A stretch of 57,465 nucleotides of DNA, from contig JAHBMJ010000067.1 of NCBI GenBank assembly GCA_018398765.1, positions 1 to 57,465 on the forward strand. Direction: 5' to 3'. Position 1 is the stretch's first letter. Each line of letters begins with the position of its first letter. The notes under the pieces were generated by a model. The model was given only the letters and a program-made list of their open reading frames with translations, was not told the origin of the DNA and did not search any database. This document shows positions 47,777-57,465 of the stretch, piece after piece. The position numbers and the translations under genes are program-made. This DNA is from Chromera velia (Eukaryota).

Positions 47777-49114
47777 AGCAAGCAAGCAAGGAAACAGCCA
47801 AAGAAAACGTCCAAACGAAACGAAAACGAAGAAGGAAAAAAGAAAAGAAGGAGAACATGACGGACGGGTCTGTCCAGCACAGGATTTGCATAGTAGCTTC
47901 CCTTCTTCAAATCTGGTTTTCCCTGCATTCATTCATTTATTTATTTTTTCTCATCTTTTACTCATTCATTCGCGGCGGAGGTACAATCGTGAGGAAGAAA
48001 TACAGCTTCATGCAAGACAGCAACATATGCCCATATGCAACGCATTCAGTCCCCTACTATCCTGTCCCGTGCTTCTTCATGAATGAACAAAAGAGAAACA
48101 GAAAGCGAAGAAAACGAAAGCAAGAGGAGAGGGGGCGCACGAAGCACGGAGAGTCTCTGTGACCCTTCGTCTGATCGCTTTCCTTCATCTTACTCGCGGC
48201 GCTAGCCCACGTGCCCACCTCCAATTTCTCTTTCCCATGGGACCACCCGAAGGAGAAGTACTTGCTTTCTGTATGGAAAAGAATTCTGTATGAAAGTAAA
48301 TGCACGTGCCCACCTCCAATTTCTCTTTCCCATGGGACCACCCGAAGGAGAAGTACTTACTTTCTGTATGGAAAAGAATTCTGTATGAAAGTAAATGCAC
48401 GTGCCCACCTCCAATTTCTCTTTCCCATGGGACCACCCGAAGGAGAAGAAGGATTCGGAGTGAACGTACTTCTCCTTCACGGCCTCGGGGAGGGAGGCAA
48501 ATTTGAAGGCAAGGGGCAGACACTCCTTCCGGGCATCCAGAAGATCCGGAACCCCGCGAACTGCCAGAATCCCCAGACCCCCAAACGAGTAGGCCTGCAG
48601 GCGAGGTTGTGACATGATGGGGGAGATAGGGAAGAAACGGAAACCGGGAGGTAGGAGGGGAGTGAAATAGTTGGCGAAAGATTAGGGAAGCCCGCATCCT
48701 TGCACGGTCTCTGTCAGGAACACATGAAAATACGGATAGCAGGGGTGCACTTTGGACAGTGGAGGCGGGTGGACAAAATAAAGGGAGGGCCAAGAGGACA
48801 ATGGTTGATTGGAGACGGCTGAGGGGGTATGGAGACGGATCTTGCAAAGCATCAACGATGTTGTATGGAAAGAATAAGAAGGAAGCCAATTGAAGGGAAC
48901 CCTACTAGGGTGAGCGTGGAGCCGATACTGGAAGAGAGGGAGGTACAGAGAGTGGACAAAGATTCTTTTGCCCACCGAAGCACATCGATCATGATGCACA
49001 CCGAACTCCACGAACCCTTTCGATCTTCTGTCTCAGATCTTCAGAAGTCTCCGCACTCAGAAGCTCCTCGTAGTTCAGCACCACAAGCTCACGACCTTCA
49101 ACGTCGGCAGACAT
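45831..49114 (-). CDS. 2-oxoglutarate/Fe(II)-dependent oxygenase (isopenicillin N synthase-like fold), 6 exons
   Basis: MSADVEGRELVVLNYEELL...|AYSFGGLGILAVRGVP...FGWSHGKEKLE|GKPDLKKGSYYANP...|...PNIWP...KARLLYYFP...WCGWHNDHGSLTGL|...FQIGE|...LQATPHCVR...VSRSTLAVFMEP...TLGAYY*. The HxD...H iron triad and the distal Arg are present. Confidence 0.9.
48208..48448 (-). repeat. Three copies of an exon end plus donor site (51 bp) separated by 44-bp CATACAGAA-family filler
   Basis: Period 95 bp, copies at 48208, 48303 and 48398. Minus-strand filler CATTTACTTTCATACAGAATTCTTTTCCATACAGAAAG(T/C)AAGTA. Confidence 0.9.
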
Positions 49115-49815
49115 CTTCCAGATCTCCGCAAGTGGTGTTCAATATCTCCTCAATTGTTTGCGGTAACTACTCGAGAAGGAGTGCCGTCTCCTACAAATGG
49201 AGCGACTGTTGCTTGGTGAATGGGCACTTATACACTGAATCAGGCCGAACTGCCTTCAGAATTTTGATTAGAAGCCCTTCCAAAGCTTCCAACTTTCAGT
49301 CAAGCGGGAGGTCAACTGGTGAACCTCTCAAACGGGATCGAACGACACTGCCGTGGATGGTTCAATGACACGTTTGCGCGCCAGGTGCAACGGTTCCGAA
49401 TAACCGCGTACATTGCCGCCGTACAAGCGTTGCGTCATCCACTTGGCCATGCAGCACCGTGACAAAACACAAAGTTTGTGTATTAATGCTTCCGCCTATA
49501 CTCGATCCGTTCGTACGCAGTAACGAATCCGAAATACCTCGGCGCGCAATGCGCGCCCACCCTGTTGTATAGATTTCCATGCACTGCATGCATATGAATT
49601 AATGGACTAATGGATGCCTATTGCATGCACTATACATAAATGAGGCATCCGCACGAGAGGGCCTTCAATCTCATGCAGTGGGTAGAAAGCGATCGAGAGT
49701 CAACCGGGAAAAGCAGAGCGGGCTGAAAGGAAAGAGGAACAAAGCTTTCTTTGCGGTCCCTCTATCTGTGTGTCAGACTGATTGACTGAAGGCTCATATA
49801 CCCAGCAGGGGCAGA

Positions 49816-50651
49816 ATGGGGCAGTGTCACTCTGGAGGGGCGTGCGGGGGGTCCTGTTCGAGCCAGGGGGTCAGTTGCACAGTCGATCAGTAGGGAGTGC
49901 GTGCGTCCTGGTGTGGACGGGAAGAGAGTCAACGCTCCGCTTGCGTGAATTTTGGTTTGTATGAATGTGCAAAGACAAATTTTTTGTCCAGAATCGAGGT
50001 GGGGGCTGTTCGCCCACACGGGCGGATGATATGCATGCATGAGTGTGAAATCTTTTCTTTCGCTGACTTGAGGGCATTCTGGGCCCCGCAGCCCGCTTGC
50101 AGGAGGGGAGAGGCGAACCCTGGGGTAGAACAAGTAAAAGGACTGAGTGACGTATGAGAATGTCAAGTTGTCATGCGAAAACTCCCAATAAATCGACGCA
50201 AACTTGTATATATGTGCGCCCATATGAGTGGTTGGATGAATGAATGGTTCGAAAGAAAGATGGAAAGATGGATGGACGGATAGACGGATGGATATGTTGG
50301 CTGCATGCCTGCTTTCCCTGCCTCTTTGGACAAACATGCGCAGGACCCGTACGGCTTTGTTCGGATCCCTTCTGAGGACGCCAGGTGTGTTGGCTCATTG
50401 GTTTCCCCCCTTTTCGAAGAAACTGGGGTGGCACAGCTTGCACACATACAGGCAGGCAGGCAGGTGGGCAGAGAGACAAACGTGCACGTATGGGTGGAAG
50501 AACAACAAAAATGAATTCATTTCCCTCCCAGAAGATAGCTAGATGTGAAGCAATGAGAGAACCGGCAGACAGAAGCAGAAACAGACTCTCCAACAGTGGA
50601 ATTGACTTTCTCCCCTTCCTTCCTCCCTTCCTTTATCCCTTCCTCCCTTTT

Positions 50652-50682
<31 letters not shown>

Positions 50683-50789
50683 GCAGGCCGAAAGTAATGG
50701 AGTGCATCTACGGGATAATGGACAAGAAGGGAACAGAGGACCCAGGAACTGTACGTCGTCGGTCGATCGAATTTAACTGCATGTGCGTG

Positions 50790-50830
<41 letters not shown>

Positions 50831-52350
50831 GTGCATGCATGCACGCGCATGTTTGGAAGTCGTGCCTCTCTACAGAGTTCACAGAAACTTAATATCAAAA
50901 TTTATGCCGGCATGGTGGTGCACTACTTGATGCCTGTCTGTCTATCTGTTCATCTGTCTGTCTGTCTGTCTGTCTGTCTGCCTGCCTGCCTTTCTGTCTG
51001 CTGCATGCATCTCTGCCTGCAGCAAAAGAAAACGGGTACGACGAGCGACCTTCTGTTGACTGACTGCACAGCTGCGTGGTCCTCCGTGAGAGGTTCCAAG
51101 GGAGCAAAGAAGAATCCTGTCAAAGAGAACCAGGACGACTTCTTCATTCTCAAGTCCGTCCGTTTGTCCGTCTGCATTCATGCATGCACACAAGAATTTC
51201 GTACAGACTATATAAATCGATACCGCATCCCGTAGCAAGACATGCAGAGAAAGAAAAAGCACCCATCATGTGCCTCCCACTCAAGTGGCATGCAGGGACC
51301 CGTTCCACACCAGCGGTAGACTCGCACGTTTGAGCGAAGCATTCAAGTTCAGGGACGGATCTATGTACGCATACAGTACATATGTACAGGCCGATGTAAA
51401 AAAATTGACTCATAAACACGCGAAGCGGGTGTACGTATATACGGACAAATGACAGTGCGCGAATTACCACGCGAATTGTGACAGCCAGTTTGTACGTCCA
51501 CAGGCATGCATGCATGATTCCTCCCTCGATCCTTCCTTCCTTCCTAATTGCAATGCAGCCTTCCGGGACACTCTGCATTCGCAGTCTTTGACGGACATGG
51601 TAGGTGATTCCTTCCTTCTTTCCTTCTTGGGTCTGTGTGTCTTTGCGTGTTGCTTTCATTTCTTCCATTCTTTTCTCGGCCCTTGTCCCCCCTCTTTGCC
51701 TGTCTGGTTGAAAGAAAGATGATGAACTGATCCATCCATCCATCCATCTGGGGGAAGCTCTGCCTGCCTGAAAGAAAGGGGAGGAGGATTGCAGTAGGGT
51801 CCTTCTAACCTTTTTCTTTCGTCCTTTGTTTTTCCCCCCCTCTTCTCTTCTCTTCTCTTCTCTTCTCTGCTCTTGTCCTCTCTCTCTTGTTTATCTGATT
51901 GCATGTCTATTGTGTGGCCGGCACATGACGAAGAAGGTGGACCAGAGTAGCTCTGTCTTTCTAGTCTTGATGTCTTTCACATTTTTGGTGTATTTCTCTG
52001 TCTGCACTTCTGTCTCTCTGTCCTTCTTTCTGTCTGCATATCTATCTTTCGATCTGTCGGTCCATGTGTCTTTCTTTTTTCTGTGTGTAGAAGCAGAAAG
52101 AACATGTAGTCTGTCCGACTTTCTGTGTACATTTGTCTACCGGAAACTTTTTCTGTCTATCGGCACACCTGAGGAAATAAGTTTTTTTCTTTATTTGTAT
52201 GCATTATTGGTGGTTGGTTGCTGACATAGCTTTGCTGCGTACTGCTTGCTGGAAGGAAGAGGAGACTTTTAAGTGCGTATGCATGTGAACACTTGTGTGT
52301 GTGTGAGAGAGAGAGTGTGTGTGTGTGTCCGTCTCTCTCTCTCTCTTTCT

Positions 52351-52390
<40 letters not shown>

Positions 52391-53557
52391 TATGCTCTTT
52401 TGGAGTGATAGAGCGAGAGGCAGCGCTGCTTGATTGACAGAATTGACGGACATGTGCAGGAGAAGACGGACAGAAAGTTGCAAATTTCGTGAGCGCCCGG
52501 CTGATGGCATTCCTGATCGAAAAGTGAGTGCATCAGTGAGGGGGAGAAAGGGTCGGTGGGTGGGTAGGTTTGTGAGCGGGAAGCGAATGCGATGACTCTG
52601 TGCTTTGTTTTATATGGGGAGGAGGGAAGGTCCTGTCCTGTTCCTTTTTTATGTGCCTTCCTCCCCCCTCTCTCCTCTCGAGGGAGGACATTTCCCCAAA
52701 GGGCGCAAGAGAGGGAAGAGGGAGCCAATGGATCGAAGTTCATGTTTTCTTTTCTCTTTTGTGCTCTCAATCAGACATGGATGTATCGATCACTCGAGAC
52801 GTGGAAGTCCTCCGAAGCTCTTGATGGATTCTTGTGCTGAGTTGCCGTTCTTGTGAATGGAGAAAGTCATTGGAGCTAGATCGTTATCCTATGGGTCCAT
52901 GAGACGTTTTTGTGACCCCAGTTCTTTCATAAACCGAAAGACGGCAAAGGACTGCACGTACGCACGCATGAACACAAACAAATACAGACACAGATTCCTC
53001 TTCGCACTTGCATCTGTTTGGGCCTGCTGCGATGGAAGAAACTGAATATCGATCCGTGTGAATGCATGCAGTGCTGCGAGTTGGCACAGGACTTCGGTGG
53101 GTCCAGATCTCGGCGTGTGGCAGCAGCACGTCTGCCGTCTCCTCACCCAAGCCTTTGAGGAGGCCCAGGCAGACCTCTGTGAGCAGAGAGGCCTGAAGGT
53201 GGAGACTTCGGGTGCCACTGCAACGGTTGTGCTCCACTGGAAGGGACTGCAGAGGATTGCGGTGGCACACATTGGAGACTCCAGGGCCGCCCTCGGCCTG
53301 GGTGTCTGCAAACCGTCTCGGTGGAACACTGAGCTCTCTCCTGGTGAGGGGGACAGAAAATGAAAAGGCAACACACAAATGCATCAATGCACATTTTTCA
53401 AGACACAATAGCTTGTGTGTAATTCTTACACATTGTCATGATAGCGCAAGACGTGACCGCGGAACTCTACCAGATTCATTGCGCTGCCCGTCCCTTCCTC
53501 TTTTCCTGCTGCCTTTCTTCATTTTTTCTCTTCTCTCCTTGCCCCATGAACCTCCCG

Positions 53558-53626
<69 letters not shown>

Positions 53627-55771
53627 TTTGCTTCCTTCTTTTTTTCGGTTCTTTTTCTACACGCAGACGAACGCACAAAGTCACTTCTTAGAGCTGACAG
53701 ACGCCGCAATACGCTTTAATGCCCTTTGTGTACTTTCAGATCAGATCATTCGTCAACATGTCTCGGGACCGTTTCGATAGATATTCTTTCTAGTACATGC
53801 ATGCGCGTGCATCAATCAAACGAAGGAGTATGCAAGCCTGCCTGCCTGCCTACCTGTGGGCGTGCAGACACGCGCCCCGTGTTCCAAGAGCTAACAGAGG
53901 ATCACTTTCCGGACACACCGAAGGAGCTCCAGAGATTGAGGGTCTGCCGAGCTAAAATCTCTCCTGACGGCACGCGACTTCTCAAGAAAGAGGAGGACGA
54001 GGAAGACGACGAGGATCAGCAAACGCAAATGCACTCGCAGCCGCAGCTACACCCGCAGCTCGTCCGAACGACATCCTTTTCGTCGGGTGTTTGGGCGTCC
54101 CCCCGACAGAACGGTGTTGCCTTGAGCAGGTAGGTCATCGAGAAGAGTGTGCTAGGTTGAGGACAGATGTATTTATGCATGCATACAGAAAGGCGTGCAT
54201 ATCTACACGCATACATGCATGCTTGCGTACATACATACATACATACATACATACGTACATACATACATACATCTATACAGACGGGCAGACAGACAGACTT
54301 GCCTGTCTACATACATGCAGGCGTGCAAACGTGTATACATATTCCCAGACACAGAGAAATACACTGATTCATACAGACACGGCGGAACAGACAATGGACT
54401 TGTCACCGTCGAGTTTGCAAGTTAATGTTCGACCGCAGACGTCTCTCCGTCACCAGGCCGCAGACAAAAAGAGGAATTAACTTTTGCCGCTCAGCCCTCG
54501 TTCTCGTCCACTTTTCCCTCTGCTTTGATGCTGTACATACAGATTGATGCTGTTATGATGCTGCATGGTGCACACTCATACAGATTGGCTGTGCATTTAA
54601 TTCTGAATCAATCTCGCTCGCTGCCTCCCTGCTTGCCTCCCTGCCTGCCTGCCTGCAGGTCCTTCGGAGACACGGCGTTTGTCTCGAGCGGCCTCTCCCA
54701 TGTGCCCGACGTTGCATTTCACCCCGCACCTCCGGGCTCTGTGCTCCTGCTGGCGTCGGACGGTGTGTGGCAATTCATGGATCTGGAGGTGGGTTTGTGA
54801 GTCTTGCATGGTCGATCGATCGATCTCTGCGTGCCTCTCTCTCTCTCTCTCTCTCTCTGTCTCTTTGTGTGACCGACCGACCCGGCTCCTTTGTGGCACA
54901 AAAAAAGGAAGGACGAAAGAAGAGAAGGAAGGATTCCAAGAATGGAGGAGAGACGATTGAGCCAACGTGGAGTGAAGACAGAAGGCTCAGATGAATTTTG
55001 TTGGAGGATGCGCATGCAAGTGTTTTTTTCCTTCAAAGTGTTCGTCGTCAGTTCCGTCTGTGTTGAGTGAGTCAGAAAGTTACCTTTTTTTCTATTCGTC
55101 TCCCTAGGCTTTGTCAACCGCTGCATTCCCATCTCCTGAACACTCTTCAGATCAGACAAAATATTCTACACGTTCAATGTATGTGCACAGACATACACGC
55201 ACGAATTTAAGTGTACATTTTCGTGACTCGCTCGCTCGCTCACAGGCCTCTCTCCAGAGCATTCGGGTAGGACTGCAGGGGGGGGTCTTGCAAGACGCCA
55301 CCAACAGACTGGCAGCAGAGGCGTGGACCAGGTGAGGAAGGAAAGGACAGTTCTGTCATGTCAATGCATTAACACAAACTGGCACACGCACACACATACA
55401 CACAGAGAAAGAAAGGGGTGGTCAGGCAGGCAGGCAGCCAAACATGAAATGAGGTGCGAGTATCAATGGCAAGGGAGAGTGAGTGAGCAGGAGGAGAAAG
55501 AAAAGAAAAAAAAGTGCATCCCTCATGCGCACGCGAAAAAAAGGTGTTCGAACGCCCGTCCGTCTTCCATGGGGCCCTGCTCCTCCTCTCGTTTCTTTCT
55601 GGTTTCTCCTCCCTCCCTCCCTCCCTCGCTCCCTCGCTCCTTCTCTCCCTCCCTCCCTCATACAGACAGACACCTTCTGCCAGCCTGCCCGCCTGCCCGC
55701 CTTTCCACGTGGCCCGTCTCTCTTTCTGCGCTTGTGTGGGCGTATGCGAGACTGTTTGTGTGTCAGAGAGG

Positions 55772-55802
<31 letters not shown>

Positions 55803-55830
55803 TTTTTGCTTGTGTCTCCCTCCCATTTGC

Positions 55831-55878
<48 letters not shown>

Positions 55879-55951
55879 ATGGATCAGAGACCCCGTGATG
55901 GCTCCCCGAAAATACATCGACGACATCACCTTGGTCACGGCCATCCTTTGA
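49816..55951 (+). CDS. PPM/PP2C-family protein phosphatase, ~12 exons, candidate MGQC N-terminus
   Basis: Motifs in order across exons: KENQDDF, AVFDGHG, SGATAT, AHIGDSRA, LTEDHFP, ALSRSFGD, LLASDGVW, DDITLV. TGA at 55949-55951. The first three exons are less certain. Confidence 0.88.
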
Positions 55952-56689
55952 AAGGCTGAAGAGAATTTACAGAATGCACGCAACGGAACTCGAATGGAAG
56001 TGCATGAATGCCATCACGAGACGGAGACTCAGGAATTCGGGATTCTGCATGCAAACAAAAAAAGGACGTCCGTCCAGACCCGTCAGACGGGTCGACGCAT
56101 GGGTCACCTCACCCCCGCTTCGTCGTCTTGACCTGACTTTTTTTTTGTCGGGTACAGAGCCTGTGTCTGTCTGGTTGTTGTCAGCATGGATTCTTTCCAC
56201 AACTTTGATTCATGTCACTTTTTCTCAAGGTATGGATGTAGGGGAGAAGACGGGCGGGGGGGAACACACTCGCTGAAAAGAATGGAGAGAGATGGGCCGG
56301 TTTCCGATGTTCCACCTCTGTCTGTCTGCTCCAGGAAGGCAGGCTCGATTGGACGTACGCAGACTATTTTTTCCCGCTCCCTGCTTGACACAAATGCATG
56401 TGGACAGAGCTCGGTAGGCGGGAAAGAACTTGCAAATGAAAGACGTACCGTGACTCTATCTAAAACAGAGCAGCACGTCGTGCTCCATGGATGCAGGAGT
56501 CAGAGCCCGCTTTTTTCTGACTCTATGATGTCCCGACGGCTTGATTGAAAAGAGATAGAGGTCCTGTTCTTTTTCTTCTTTTGCATGCTTGATCTGATGC
56601 AATCAGAACCTCAGGTTGTCGAAGATGTTCCATATAACAACTCCTAGAACAACTCAAATCGTTGGGTGTGCATAATATACAGTAACAAA

Positions 56690-57270
56690 TTATGTCAACA
56701 ATTTATTGTCTATCATTCGTTACCATTGAATTTAATACCTAAGTTCCCCATGATAAAAGAAAAAAAAAAGAAAATTTGGCTTAAAATTTAATTATTTTTT
56801 TTTTCTTGATTATATGATTGAAAGGTTTGGTTTGCACACAAGTTGGGGGGGCTTTTAAGTTGTTTGATGTGGTACTCGATCAGCTGCACAGACAGGGGTG
56901 ACCATCCTCCTCCACTTCTGATATGCAATCTCTGAGCTCAACAGTGTTTGGACGTAAACAATGATCTTGCCGTGTTTGTTTCGATCTTGTTCCCCCTTTT
57001 CCTCCCCCCCCCCCTCTTTCCTTCTTAATTTTTATCCAGTCAGGATGTGGTCTCGTGCGAGTGAACTTCTAGGTACTTCCAGGCAGGTAAAGGACTGAGT
57101 CCAACTGACTGCTATAACGATAAAAGCGGACAGAGGATTAAATTCGATAATTTATATCAAAAATTTATTGTGTATCATTCTTTACCATTAAATTTGATAC
57201 CTAAGCTCCCCATAACAACAGAAAAAAAAAAGAAAATTGCATGGACAAAGAACCTAATTAGTTTTTTTTT
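56690..57270. repeat. Diverged ~110-bp direct repeats (~56690-56805 and ~57152-57270) in an AT-rich relic
   Basis: aatttattgtctatcattcgttaccattgaatttaatacctaagttcccc vs aatttattgtgtatcattctttaccattaaatttgatacctaagctcccc. Confidence 0.7.
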
Positions 57271-57428
57271 ATTTTTTATTTTCTAGAACAACACCTGAAC
57301 AACTGTTGTTTGGGGTGTTGTACAATGCACACGTGTTTCTAAAAACAAACAGACACATACACATACACACACACATACACACACACACACATACACACAC
57401 ACACACATACATACACATACACACACAT

Positions 57429-57465
<37 letters not shown>

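Noticed and set aside
55109..55179. Possible extra PP2C exon (ALSTAAFPSPEH...)
   Set aside because: It exits in phase 2 and would frameshift the next exon; direct MDLE-ASLQ splicing keeps the motifs intact.

Overview
Intron-rich eukaryotic nuclear DNA with microsatellite-filled introns and abundant TGCATGCA motifs. I infer an alveolate (myzozoan, chromerid/apicomplexan-like); this is not confirmed. I assembled seven multi-exon genes by hand from splice sites and reading phase: a CAMK/CDPK-type kinase with an MGGKCC N-terminus (-), an RCC1-repeat type-I membrane protein (+), a small Lys-rich protein (-), a PMP34/SLC25A17-like carrier (-), a coiled-coil protein (+), a 2OG-Fe(II) oxygenase (-) and a PP2C phosphatase (+). 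Six of these form three head-to-head pairs. A spliced pseudogene with three in-frame stops and other decayed coding relics lie at the left end. AT-rich intergenic blocks hold a foldback element, a MITE with an 8-bp TSD, a TRIM/LTR-like pair and a possible Helitron. The most unusual signal is at four unrelated genic loci, where a 15-52 bp piece of host sequence is tandemly duplicated and the copies are separated by a short filler that always starts with a variant of (TG)CATTTACTTTCATACAGAA. This suggests a templated insertion mechanism that duplicates exon ends and may create introns or micro-exons. A second signal is RIP-like C>T hypermutation of repeats. Exon boundaries are manual predictions, and most ORFs in the supplied track are microsatellite artefacts.
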